From Octopus sinensis (taxonomy: Eukaryota), in contig NW_021832592.1 of NCBI RefSeq assembly GCF_006345805.1, positions 1 to 64,000 of the forward strand: a stretch of 64,000 bases of DNA, given 5' to 3'. The notes under the pieces were generated by a model. The model was given only the letters and a program-made list of their open reading frames with translations. It made no database searches and was not told the origin of the DNA. Shown one piece after another: positions 1-12,760 of the stretch (positions are counted from its first letter, which is position 1; each line of letters begins with the position of its first letter). The translations under genes were made by a program, and so were the position numbers.

Positions 1-2292
1 AAGCATCAAGGTGTTTGGGAACTTGAAATTGTTGTTTGCAAGACTAGAAGACATTTTGAAAGTAAGAAATTAGTTTTAGCACAATTCCCAGAAAATTTCT
101 GACAGGAGTCATAGCAAGAATGGTTGTGTTGTAAATCTCAGTAAAACCCATGAATGTCATAATAAAGCACTACGCCTCAGAATATTGTTTATGGCCCCAG
201 AATGTAGCTAGTTCAAATCAGTAGTCAGGCATTAGAAATTACAGCAATCATTTGTGACTGATATCCTAGAAATATATATAGAAGGCTCTACGGGAGTGTT
301 ATCATCAAGAGCAGTGCAGCTATGCCCTCAGTTAAAAAGAAATCTGGATTCTGATGCAGAAACAAGAGATAATTAAGCATGATCTGTGATAGTTATATCC
401 TGAAGTGTATGTGTGTGTATGTGTGTGTATGTGTGTGTGTGTGTGTGTGTGTTTGCATGTGTGTATGTGTGAGTGCATGCATGTATATGTGTGTGTGCAC
501 ATGTATTTGTGTGAGTGTGTTTGCTAAAACTAACTGTGAATTGAAATAAACCTGTGCAGCTATATTTTAATTATATTATCTTGTACTTCTTTGTGCAGCT
601 ATTGAAGATTTTTTTTCTACTGTTTTACATCAATTTGTTTCATGTAATCATGGATAAAACTGTTTCTTTAATAAGTTTTGGAGATTTCGGTATTTTTTAA
701 ATTAAATACCTCTACAGCTAGATGTTCCTCCTGCTACTAATTATTTAACTGTGCAACAGGACAGAAATCTTTTGTTTGCAATCAGAGAAACTGAGGAAAA
801 CAGACATATGCCTTTTACAAAGACAGAATAATAGTTGTATAATAGAAGTATGGGAGTCACAATCAATACATTTCAGCGCATTCATATATCGGATAAATCA
901 GTTTGTTATGGCTTTATGAAAATTAAATTTGGAAGTGAATAGACTAGAAACACATAATTAGTTAGTTCTAACTAATTAGAAAGATTATTAGTTTGTGTGC
1001 CAAATTTCTTGAAAATATGGAATCAAGTGCTACCTGACACTGGCTTCACTTATTTTGGGTTATTCCATTACTATGCATGTTTAGATTGATTCATAAATAT
1101 ACCATTATTATTATTATTTATTATTATTATTATCATTATCATTATTATTATTATATTGTCAAACAAATACCATATTATAACACATGATCTTGACACAATT
1201 CTTTCTGTCATTCATATCTGCAAGCATTATATCTATATCATAGACTCTGTCTTAGATTATTTGCTCAACACCCAATTCTGCTTCTCCGGAAGAAGGTGAT
1301 ATCTCAAATGAATAAGCATAAACTTTAAATGAGCTTTCAACTAATGAAACACATGTGAGCATTATATTATTGCTTATGTGACTTAATTATAGCAACTGCT
1401 AGTCATGACAAATACTTTCGAACCCTTAGCTGTTTGTTAAGCATACCATTGATTAATCTATTTTCCCTTGCATCTGCAAGTATCAAATTGATTTTCTTCA
1501 AATTATCTAATTAGTTGCCAAAAGTAAACTATAACTTTACCAATATTCAAAATGACAAAGCATCAAGATAGTCAAAAATTTCATATTATATTTTTATTAA
1601 CATATATATCTTTATTCTATTTATTTTCTGGATAAACTCATTAATGAATTATTCTATATTCTGTTGTAATGGATCTATATTATAGAACAACTGTGCATTG
1701 GTGCTTTAAGAGATAGTTTCAATATTATATGGAGATTAAAAAAAAGCTTATAATTTTAACAGCTCTCAAACACTTATTTTGCAAGCTGAGTCTAGAGGAA
1801 AAAGACTATGGCTTTTGCAGACTCTCAGAAATTGGTGGGGTTGATGCCATTAATGTTTCCCTTAACTATTGCAAGCCAACACCTGTATAAAAGATATATA
1901 TAGGGAAGAAGTTCCAAGGAGCCAATGTTCTAGGGTAGAAAGCTTGGGTGTAGTGATTAGTGCAGGGACTGTAGAACTGAACATAACAAGGATGATAAGG
2001 GGAATAAGAGCAAGTAGGTCAAGAATGCTTGAGTAGAGGTGGCATGAGTTCAGCCACCTTCAAGGAGTGGAGGCGTTATTGTGACAGAAAAGCAGAGGTG
2101 AAAAATTGTGAACTGGTAGGCCACAGGCTGAAATGAGGGATGATGGCCCTATTCTGGAGACAGTCTAGGTTGACACCAAATAATAAATGTTTATGTGAAG
2201 TTAAAAGTCAGTTTTTGAATGGCTACTCAGAATCTTCCATGCTGTAAATTCTTTATAAATACATGTGTATGTGTGTGTGTGTGTGTGTGTGT

Positions 2293-2324
<32 letters not shown>

Positions 2325-2384
2325 ATATGTGTATGTGTATTATAGCTTCTTAAGAACTAGCTTTGTGTTTGGGTTTGTTTTTCT

Positions 2385-2500
2385 ATGGATCTTCTGATGT
2401 ATATCATCAATCTGTATGGTCCTTTGTCATGTCTTCTGTGAGATGTAGCATCTTCAGGTCAGTCATCAGTCTTTGTTCCAAGTTTTCTGAAGTTCCCTTT
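2385..2500 (-). mobile_element. Degenerate RTE-type LINE 3' fragment
   Basis: Minus strand reads RKTWNK then, after a frameshift, DLKMLHLTEDMTKD, resembling the RTE ORF2 C-terminal motif RKTW..V..DL..L.L...M..DR..WR. Confidence 0.45.
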
Positions 2501-2743
2501 TTTCAAACATAGTAATTCTGCATATGTATTACTTGTCAGGACTAGTATAGTTGCACACTACACCTGATTTTTCTTATAACAGATATTCTTTTTTCTTTTA
2601 GATCATTTGTACTCCTACATTCATGCACCCGAACTTTGCATATCCATCAGAGCATTTTAGTTTCAATTCATTTTAGTCTTTGCAAATCTTTTGCCTTCAA
2701 GGCTCATGTCTTGCTATGCATACCTATATATAATACACAAAAC

Positions 2744-2890
2744 ATGCATACATACATGCATACATACATACATACATACATACTTACATACATACATACA
2801 TACACACACATGCATGCATATACACATACACACATGTGTGTGTGTATATATATATATGCACACACACACACGTGTATAAATATATATATC
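2744..2890. repeat. (ACAT)n/(AC)n/(AT)n compound microsatellite
   Basis: Direct reading; source of the HTYI/MYVC pseudo-ORFs. Confidence 0.95.
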
Positions 2891-3275
2891 TCACTGTTCC
2901 TTCTACAGATTCCACTCTCTAGGTTTTGGTCTAACTTGGCTCTAGAAAAAAGACTTGCCAGAGATGCCACACAAATTATACTATATACAATAAGAGAGAA
3001 CATATTGAAAAAGAGACACAGAATGCATATGGGAGGGAGAGAGAGAATGTGAGAGAGAGACAGAGGGAGGAAAGCGTATAGATAGAGAGAGAGACATATG
3101 GTAGGATTTGTTAATACTGTTTTGAGTAATTACAAAAGATTTTGGAATTTGAACTTTATTTCTATGAATATGAAAATATATTTTATTAACTGATTTGCAA
3201 TAAGAACAATCAGTAAATATAAGTGCTTTCAAACCAAAACAAAAAAAAAACAGTATGAAACATTTCTGTTACATA

Positions 3276-3339
<64 letters not shown>

Positions 3340-4257
3340 TATAGATGTCCATATGTTCTGTCTGTATAAGCATGGAATAATGAATGTAAAATGAGGAAAT
3401 ATGTATAAACATACATGCATGAATGCATGCATACATACATAAAAGTGTAAAAGAGTACATACCTACATACATACATATATACATAAATACATATATATAT
3501 ACACACACACATATAAATATACATACATATAATATATATACATACATCTATATATACATATATATTATATATTACACACACACACAAAATAATCCCACAT
3601 ATAAGACAATCTCCCCCACTCCCAAATCATTTTGAGAAATAGTTACTAGCATGCAAATTAAATATATTTTCATTATTATTTTCATTAAACAATTTCAATT
3701 CTTTTTAATTTGAACTTTATATATACTCACCAATAGTTTTCAAATTTCAATACCTTTAAAGTTAAGTTTATAAGAACATGATAAAATTGTGAAAATGTAA
3801 GGTCAATTCTTAAATGATTAACCATAAGTTCATAACACATACTCTTAAAACTTTTGATTATTTTATAATGGACTTCTTGGTCATTAGATCAAGGATCATA
3901 TATATATACGTATATGCATATAAAACATTTATAATACATATACATACATTAATATCTATGTGTATACAATGTGTATACAACATTAATATGTGTTTTAAAT
4001 GAATGGAAATTGTATCCTGAAGAAATTATTCATTCAACTTACATAACAATGATGTGTTGTCAGAGTTATTGATTCAGATGTTGGAAGGAATTTTATTGGT
4101 GATTTTGTTTTCCGTTATTCTTTCTAGCACACAAACACATACATGTGCACACATACACACACATACATACACACTCACAGAAACAAGCAAGCATATATAT
4201 ATAATAATGATGATGATCTATATATGCCTATAGACACTACTCACATTTTCTAGCAAA

Positions 4258-4503
4258 ATATGGGAGGCACTCTGTTGGCTATGACGACAATGTTCCAGTT
4301 CATCCAATGAACGGAACAGCCTCCTCATGAAATTAATGTGCATGTGACTGAGCACTCCACAGATACGTGTACCCTTAACATTGTTCTCAGGGAGATTCAG
4401 CATCACACAGAGTGTGACGAGGCTGGCCCTTTCGAACACAGGTGCTACTTACTTTTGGCAGCTGAGTAGACTGGAGCAATGTGAAATAAAGAGATTTGCT
4501 CAA
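4258..4503 (-). mobile_element. SINE family D, head missing
   Basis: Reverse complement matches 50533-50828 (ttgagcaa..tttatttcac.ttgctccagt..actcagctg.caaaa..gagt..gaatctccctgagaac..gctgttccgttga). Confidence 0.75.
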
Positions 4504-4982
4504 GAAGTATAATTTTCCATAGAAAATCTGTCTCTATAAACTTCAACTAAGCTAAGCCAAATGAAAGCAGCTGCAAAGGCAAACTTGTTTTAAATAATAA
4601 TAACACATGTAACTTCTACAAAAGCATGAGTGTCTCTTTCGTTTCTTTGTCCACTCACTCATATATTTATGCATATCCAAGTATATTGCTCTTAAGGACA
4701 TGGATTATAAGCCATATGATACAACATATATTAAGACATTGATAAAGCTATACGTTTTAATGGTGTGTTATGCTTAAGATAACCTTATTAAATATCTTAA
4801 ATCATAGATACCAAATCATCATTCTGCCTATACGTAAAGAAAAAATGCTTCAATCTGATTTGTGTATCTAATTGTTGAATTAATCTTCTAACAATTGTAA
4901 TCAAGGCAAAGTGTAATCATTCTGATCCTCATTTACAGATACACACACACATACATACATACATAAGCATCCATTACACTCT

Positions 4983-5140
4983 TGGAGTGGTTGTGTTAAG
5001 AAGGGTATCCAGCTGTAGAAACTCTGCCTGATCAAGATTGGAGCCTGGTGCAGCCATCTGGTTCACCAGTCCTCAGTCAAATCGTCCAACACATGCTAGC
5101 AGGGAAGCGGACGTTAAATGATGATGATAATGATTATGAT
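4983..5140 (+). mobile_element. Dispersed repeat family B 3' end with (ATG)n tail (RTE-type tail)
   Basis: aagggtatccagctgtagaaactctgcc..gcagccatctggttc..atgctagc..gcggacgttaaatgatgat recurs at 15.4, 16.0 and 29.2 kb. Confidence 0.8.
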
Positions 5141-5192
5141 ATATATATATATCCATGTATATATATATATACAGAGATACATACACACACTC

Positions 5193-5255
<63 letters not shown>

Positions 5256-5256
<1 letters not shown>

Positions 5257-5360
5257 GGGAGAGTTCACAAAAAAACAACAAAAGACGAAGACAGGTGGTG
5301 TAGACAACAAACAGATGTATTAGTATAACACTCGGCAAGTGAAAAAGTCTTTAACGTTTC
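5256..5360 (-). mobile_element. Penelope-like 3' terminal fragment in (TA)n
   Basis: Reverse complement of 26379-26482; stops exactly at the GAAACGTT of that family's hammerhead. Confidence 0.6.
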
Positions 5361-5394
5361 AATATATATTGTTGATTGTCTGTGATATGTAGAC

Positions 5395-5830
5395 ATTGAC
5401 TGTTCGTGCTCAATAATCATCTCTGGCAGACTTGATGATTACTGATGATTGCAGCAGTGATGCTATCTGCTGTAGATGAGGCTACTTGATAAAATGAAGA
5501 AGTGGTGCTTTTCATCTGCTCTTTGGCATTCTCTCTGTTGTTTCTCATCAATGGCTGGAATTACAAGCTGTAGCAATCAATGCCATTCAGTGCACTGCAA
5601 GGCTCTCTCTCCTTCCTGGTGTCTGGACAGATGCCAGAGTTCTTCATATGTCTCTCCTGCACATCCCTATCACAACCTCTTGCCAGCACAGCTCCTTCTG
5701 CCCTGATGCAGTTTAGCTTAGAAACTGCCTTTGGGAGCCTGCCACCATCCGTCTTGCAAACATGTCCCACCCAGCACAGCTGTGATGAGGTAATGAGGGC
5801 CTCCACACTAACTGTGCCAGCAAATACATA
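5395..5830 (-). pseudogene. RTE (BovB-like) reverse transcriptase C-terminal remnant
   Basis: ORF 5561-5851: SVEALITSSQLCWVGHVCKTDGGRLPKAV matches the RTE motif SIEA.L...QLRW.GHV.RM...RLPK.V. Confidence 0.75.
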
Positions 5831-6879
5831 TATGTGCTTACATTTAGTCACGTGTGTGTGTGTGTGTGTGTGCGCAATAGATTTGAAGTTTGGGCCTGCT
5901 AACCTTTCAGAGTTACTGTCAATACTGTTTGTGTTAGAGAATAATAAACATATACTCTAAAGAAATATTGAGTAGTCCTTCAGCTTAATGCAAAAATTGT
6001 CTTTATTATAATTTGATATAAAATCAACCATTAATATACAAATGTGTGTGTGTGTGTGTGTATTGTTTAAATCCACTAGACATATGACATGATAGCAACA
6101 CCATAACTCCCACAAGAATGTTCAGGGTAACAGAATGAAGAATGGAACTCCACAAGTATTTGCATAACTCCATAGGCTACAAAAATCTTATGACTTTTAA
6201 ACAATATGAATGCCAATTCACACACAGACACATACACAGACACATATGTGTGTATGTGTGTACACATATGAGTATAAGTTTGCATCCATGTGTGATTAAG
6301 TGTGCATGTGTATGAGTGTCTGTATGCTCAGGACACTGTCAGTGAGCTAAACAGGAGTAGTATGTAGAGATATATATTATATATTAATGTTTAAATCCCA
6401 AATAATATACTTCGCATATCATTTACTTGTGACTATATAATGCAAGTACTTCATATAATGCAAATTGATGACAAATCATTGTCATAGATTTCATTATATT
6501 TTATTTGTTGTCTTATATTTGCATGTATAATAGTGAATCTTTGATAAAGGACACATCTGTGAATAATAATCTATATAATATATGTATGTCTATTAATTAA
6601 CTATAGAGTCATTGTTTATTTGTTGTCTTGCATTTTGTGATTTGATTCTTAATATAAAAGCGAAATTCCTCATCAATGTTTTAATGAATTTTTATTTACC
6701 ATTCAAAATCATTGTTTCAAGTTGATTATGTCAACTGGAAATAGCCAAGAATACATGGTAATAAATAATTTTCCTGAGTATGTCAATGGTGATTGTTGAT
6801 CAATTAAAATTTATCTTAAAACAATTACAATATATATATGTATGTATGTTTGTATGTAAGCATGTGCATAAATGTCTGT

Positions 6880-6917
<38 letters not shown>

Positions 6918-6921
<4 letters not shown>

Positions 6922-7495
6922 TGGGCAAAATACCTAGCAAAATTTTGTCTGTCTTTATGTTCTGAGTTCAAATTCTGCTGAGTTCAACTTTGCCTTTCAT
7001 CCTTTTGGGGTCGATAAAATAAGTACCAGTTGAACACTGGAGTCAATGTGACTGACTTACCACTTCCTTCAAAATTGCTAGCCTTGGGCCAAAATGTGAA
7101 ATCATTATTATTATTGTTATTATTACAATTATTATTATTATTAAGTATTTGACAAAATGCTTGGCGGTAGTTTGTCTGTTGCTACGTTCTGACTTCAAAT
7201 TCCACCGAGGTCAACTTTGCCTTTCTTCCCTTTCAGGGTTGATAAATTAAATACCTGTTGTGTACTGGAGTTGACCTAATCAACTGGCCCCTTTCCCCAA
7301 AACTTTGAGCCTTGTGTCTAGAGCAGAAAAGATTGTTATTTTTTATTATTATTATTATTATCATTTGAGGTTGACTTAGCCTTCCATCCTTTCAGGGTTG
7401 ATAAAGTAAGTACCAGTTGAACACTGGGGTTGATGTAATTGACTTATCCCCACCTCCCTCAAGCTGCCCTTGTAGCAAATATTTGAAATAGTTAT
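6918..7495 (+). mobile_element. Three consecutive SINE family C copies (about 6918-7110, 7150-7335, 7362-7495)
   Basis: Each carries gttc.gagttcaaatt..aactttgcctttcatcc.tt..gggt.gataa.ataagtaccagttg; separated by (ATT)n. Confidence 0.8.
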
Positions 7496-8369
7496 TATTA
7501 TTATCATTATTATTATATGTTGATCATCATCATCATCATCATCATTGTTTTGTTTCCATTTTATCAGTTTAGCAAGGGGTCAGTTCTTATTTGGTGTTGC
7601 TACACTTTTACATATGACAAGGTTTCTATGGTTGGATATCCTTTATAAGAGCAACCACTTAGCAAAATTTCTGAGTGAATTTTATCACAGCATGAAAACT
7701 ACAGAGTGGGGCCTATCTTCAAGAGGAGTAAGGGATACTCTTGGTTTTACTATGTATTCATTTATTCTCCTATCACTTTATAGAGTTTATTGGGTGCATT
7801 TTAATATGGTGCCAGCAACAGTGAGATTAACTTGTATCTTGTATGACTACAAAGTTCTTTTCAGCTTAAACTGTTTAGATTGAATGGAAGAGAGAACAAT
7901 GGCAGAAGATGAACAACTGTGAATGGGAGAATGTTGTTAGTGTGAGATGGGAGGAATAGAGTAGGTGCAGTTTCAGGAGATAGTGTCGAATGGGAATGAG
8001 TGGTAGAAGGGAAAAGTACTGAAAAAAGTAATCTAAGAGAAACAGTAATGGCAGGGAATAATGGAAGAGATGATGGCAGTTACATGTTCACTGGTAACAG
8101 AAAGAAAGTGAGTGATTGATAGTCATAGAAGTGGTCAATAGATAGAGAGAATGGTGGATGCCAATTACAAGAAACCTGGGGAGAGAGGGTGATAGTTACC
8201 GGTCCAAAGAAGTGATGGTGGAGTGTATCAGAAGTCAACAAGTCTCTGGTGTAACTTCCTATTACACAGGCATCAAAATAGCTGAAAGTGAGAGAGCGTG
8301 AAACATATGTGTGTATGTGTACACAGACTTACACTCTTACTCTCGCTCTCTTTCTTTCTCTCTTTCTTT

Positions 8370-8402
<33 letters not shown>

Positions 8403-8469
8403 TAATGTTTTTCTTTATGTAAACCCTTGTGGTTAATAAAGAAATCCTTATCATTATTATCATTATTAT

Positions 8470-9200
8470 TAAGGCGGCGAGCTGACAGAAACGTTAGAAA
8501 GCCGGGCGAAACGCTTAGCGGTATTTCGTCTGCTGCTACGTTCTGAGTTCAAATTCAGCCAAGGTCCTCTTTGCCTTTCATCCTTTCAGGGTCGATAAAT
8601 TAAGTACCAGTTGTATACTAGGGTTGATGTAATTGACTTAATCCCTTCCATAATTATGAGGCCTTGTGCTTCTAGTAGAAAGAATTACTATTACTATATT
8701 ATTATTATTATCATTAAGAAGACAGTGAGCTAGCAGAATCATTAGCATGGTGGGCAAAATGCTTAGCAGTATTTCATCCAATTTTATGTTCTGAGTTCAA
8801 ATTCAGCCGAGGTCGACTTTGCCTTTCTTCCTTTCAGGGTCGATAAATTAAGTACCAGTTGTATACTAGGGTTGATGTAATTGACTTAATCCCTTCCCAT
8901 AATTATGAGGCCTTGTACTTCTAGTAGAAAGAATTACTATTACTATATTATTATTATTATTATTATTATTATCATTAAGAAGACAGTGAGCTAGCAGAAT
9001 CATTAGCATGGTGGGCAAAATGCTTAGCAGTATTTCATCCAATTTTATGTTCTGAGTTCAAATGCTGTTGGGGTTGACTTTGCCTTTCATCCTTTCGAGG
9101 TCAATAAAATAAGTACCATTTGAACACTAGGGTCAATGTATTTGACTAGTGTCCTTCCCAAAAATTTCAGGCCTTGTGCTTATAGTAGAAAGGATTATTA
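8470..9200 (+). mobile_element. Three tandem SINE family C copies including a ~250 bp near-identical duplication
   Basis: tRNA-like head ggcggcgagctg.cagaa plus gttcaaat B box; ttgtatactagggttgatg at 8611 and 8859 (period 248). Confidence 0.85.
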
Positions 9201-9424
9201 TTATTATCCTTATTATAGATGTTGCACAGTATACAATATCATGAGGCTGTTGATTGAGGACATTGTGCCTTCTGGGGGTAGGTACTGTTTGTCAAGTCAC
9301 AACAAGGACCTCAGACAGATAGTACTTTACGCAATATGTGTGCAGTTCCAAGTAATGCTGACTTTTGCAATACACATTATTATTATTACTATAGTGAAGG
9401 TAGTTGGTTGCTGGAATTCGAGTA

Positions 9425-9605
9425 TCAGAAAAAAAATGTCTTGTCTTGTGATATTGTTTCTGTCCGTTTATGCTCTGAGCTCAAATACAGCCAAGTCAAC
9501 TTTGCCATTCATCCCTTCAGGGTCAATGAGATGAAGTACTAGGTCGATGTCATCAGCTATCCATTCCCACTAGTGTTGCTAGCCTTGTCCTAAAATTTGA
9601 AAGAA
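9425..9605 (+). mobile_element. Degraded SINE family C copy
   Basis: ctgagctcaaatacagccaagtcaactttgccattcatcccttcagggtcaat. Confidence 0.6.
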
Positions 9606-9647
9606 TTATTGTTCATATTGAATAATAGTTGCAGCAGAAGTAGCAGC

Positions 9648-9657
9648 AGCAGCAATT

Positions 9658-9706
<49 letters not shown>

Positions 9707-9785
9707 CCGCAGCAGCAGCAAAGTAGCAGTAGTAGTAGCAGTAGTAGTAGTAGTAGCAGCAGCAGCAGCAGCAGTAGTAGTAGTT

Positions 9786-9830
<45 letters not shown>

Positions 9831-9848
9831 ATTGTTGTGGTAGTTGAG
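9648..9848. repeat. (GTA)n/(GCA)n trinucleotide microsatellite
   Basis: Direct reading. Confidence 0.95.
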
Positions 9849-11072
9849 TAGCAGGCATGTTACAACATATAAAAATATTTCTTTGTAGTTCAAATATTTA
9901 ATCCTGCTATTAGAATTTGATTTAAAATACTGAATGGTAGAGTATATGTGACTTGTACTGTATGCATCTTGTACTGAAAGGTGTTTGTAAATTAAAATTG
10001 AATATTTTTAGTGGTAAATTTTGTGATCATTGTTAAAATTTGTGATAATATTGTAGGAGTTTAAAACATGAAATTAAAAAAAAAAAATCGTAATTGTTTA
10101 AAGAACCTTTTGAGAGGTCAAACATTAATAATAATATAATAGTTTATGGTGGGAAGCGGTTATTGAAAAACATATAGATTTAAATTTAAAGCTAATTTGG
10201 AGAATAAATATATTCAAGAAACCAGGATGTGCTTTTGATGGGTCAATGTAATGACAACTATTTAAATAAGACATGTTTATAGAGAGTGTGAAATGAAGGG
10301 GAGATAAATTCAAAATATTTACTTATAGAATTTAAAATGGGATTACCACTGAGAAAGGTAATGGTACTGAGGTTGGAATTACATGAATTCAAGACCAGGA
10401 ATTAACTATGAGGAGAATGAATTTTTAATGGTTAATGATATTTGTAGTTTGTAATAGTATTGGATTAAGTATAGAAGTTTATGAATATTAGGATTTTTAT
10501 GTTATATGTTTGGGGCTTGAAATTAGGAATAAGGATTCAAGAAAGACAGAGTAGTTAAATATCAAATATATCAGAAAACTTATATTCTACCAATATCTAA
10601 ATATATGACAACAATTAAAATATGGAGTTATATTAGGTGTAGGGAAAGGATAATTGTAAGAAAGGAAATAAGGAGAGACAAAATTTAGGGAATATGATGA
10701 ATTAGAATCAGGGGAGAGATTGATAGAAGTATATAAATATGTAAACAAGATTGAAAGCAAAGAAGTATGACAGAGGTAACAAGACTAGTATTTATGACTA
10801 GAAAATATATAAACTGAACTTGGACAGTAATGAGCAATTGAACACTTGCTAGTGTAGAAAGTGTATGTAAAACTATGATGATGATGATGATGAATGACAC
10901 ACACACACACACACACACACATGAGCACATAAATACAAAACAAGATGGAGAAAAATGTACACAAATACTAAAAACAAAGGTAGACTAAAATATTATTTTA
11001 TTGAAGCTGAAAAACTTTGCAAGATGTTACTTAGAATTTGATATAACTGATCGTTGGAGACTTCTCTCATGA

Positions 11073-11314
11073 CATACATACATACATACATACATACATA
11101 CATACTACATACATACATACATACATACATACATGCATGCATGTATGCATACATACATACATACATACATACATACATACATACATACATACATACATAC
11201 ATACATACATACATACATACATACTACATACATACATACATATACACACACATATATAAAGAGTATTTGTGTGAGAGAAATGTACATATATATATATATA
11301 TATGTGTGTGTGTG

Positions 11315-11346
<32 letters not shown>

Positions 11347-11365
11347 TGTATGTATGTATGTATAT
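11073..11365. repeat. (ACAT)n followed by (ATGT)n microsatellites
   Basis: Direct reading. Confidence 0.95.
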
Positions 11366-11417
11366 TACATTTCCAAGGTTTCTTCAATGATGTTGTTGAT
11401 ATTTCCATTATCATAAC

Positions 11418-11633
11418 TGTGCCTTCTGATACAGTTCAATATTTAAGAAATGAGGAATTATGTACATTATTTATGTTATTTACATTTGACAGATATTTGT
11501 CCTCATCTTGTTTGTTGTTAACAAGACACCTGATGAAGGCTGGAGGGTATATCAGCCGAAACGTGTTAACAACAAACAAGATGAGGACAAACATATGTCA
11601 AATGTAAATAATGTAAATAATGTGCCTTCTGAT
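11418..11633. mobile_element. Mini Penelope-type fold-back element with 13 bp TSD
   Basis: tgtgccttctgat at 11418-11430 and 11621-11633; ~60 bp inverted arms (about 11464-11522 and 11564-11623) around a hammerhead core. Confidence 0.75.
11525..11567 (+). ncRNA. Minimal type I hammerhead ribozyme, probably disabled
   Basis: GACAC-CUGAUGA-a-GGCUG(gagggtatat)CAGCC-GAAAC-GUGUU. Stems I and II are present, but there is no room for stem III or the cleavage triplet. Confidence 0.65.
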
Positions 11634-12019
11634 GTTTGGCACTGAAGCTGTGGAGATGGTCTTTGTCTTACGTGTCATTGTTGAGTTCTTTCCTTTTTTC
11701 TTTATTCCTTTTTCTTTGGCTTGTTAGTGCTGAATGTGATTTGCTTCTGTTCTGCATGCTTGCTTCCTTCCAGTTCTTGAAGTATTTGCTTACTTTTTAA
11801 CTTTTGTTAGGATGTATATTGAATGAGGACAGATTGCTATTGTTGCAATCATGAAAGTATTTCTTAAATGCACTTCTTAGGCAGTGACCTTCTGTAAGTT
11901 CAGAGTAGAGGGTGTGTTTAGCTATAACTGTATGTGTATGTGTATATGTGTATGTGCACATATGCATATGTGTGTTTCTGAAGGTGCACTAGTATAATCT
12001 TTACTCTGGATTTGTAATC

Positions 12020-12148
12020 TAGTAAAAATATATTTCATATTGAATTTGATCATATTACACTTTAAAAAAATAGATACATGAATAAAGAAAATTGTCCCCT
12101 ACACTTTGCCCCTTCTCTCTCTCCCCCTTTCTCTATATATATATCTAT

Positions 12149-12181
<33 letters not shown>

Positions 12182-12197
12182 TAACATATATATATAT

Positions 12198-12234
<37 letters not shown>

Positions 12235-12235
12235 T

Positions 12236-12266
<31 letters not shown>

Positions 12267-12409
12267 AAGAGAGAGAGAGAATAGATATATATATAGAGAA
12301 AGGGGGAGAGAGAGAAGGGGCAAAGTGTAGGGGACAATTTTCTTTATTCATGTATCTATTTTTTTAAAGTGTAATATGATCAAATTCAATATGAAATATA
12401 TTTTTACTA
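12020..12409. repeat. ~390 bp palindrome centred on (AT)n
   Basis: 12020-12185 is the reverse complement of 12233-12409, differing only in microsatellite length. Confidence 0.9.
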
Positions 12410-12468
12410 TATATATATATATATATATAATATATATATATATATATACATATATATACATATATATA

Positions 12469-12760
12469 TTTTGTTTTGGAATTTGGTTTGCAAGATTCTT
12501 TATATGAGTTCGTGTGTTGAAGCATATTCTGTTGTGTTTGGGGAGAGTCATTTTCTTTTTGTGCTTAATAATTTAACACACTCACCAGTAAAATTTCCAC
12601 TTATTTCTTATTTTTATTTTCCTAAAATTTTCATTGCGTCTTGCAACCTTTTCAGTAGTCTTGGAAAATAAAAATAAAAATAAGTGGAAATTTTACCAGT
12701 GAGTGTGTTAAATTATAAGGCGCAAAAAGATAATGACTCTCCTCAGACACTACAGTTTGT
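12469..12760. mobile_element. Fold-back element, Penelope-end-like
   Basis: ~80 bp inverted arms (12542-12622 and 12663-12742); left arm extends further to the (TA)n run. Confidence 0.55.

Noticed and set aside
718-834. Open frame LDVPPATNY..FTKTE after a CAG
   Set aside because: Weak pyrimidine tract, phase incompatible with the nearby candidate exon, no recognisable homology.
9597-9893. Poly-Ser/Val/Tyr/Leu ORFs
   Set aside because: They are a trinucleotide microsatellite open in several frames.
1880-10700. Purine-rich tracts at about 1880-2180, 7880-8290 and 10000-10700 as old LINE fragments
   Set aside because: Composition is suggestive, but no motif could be recovered.
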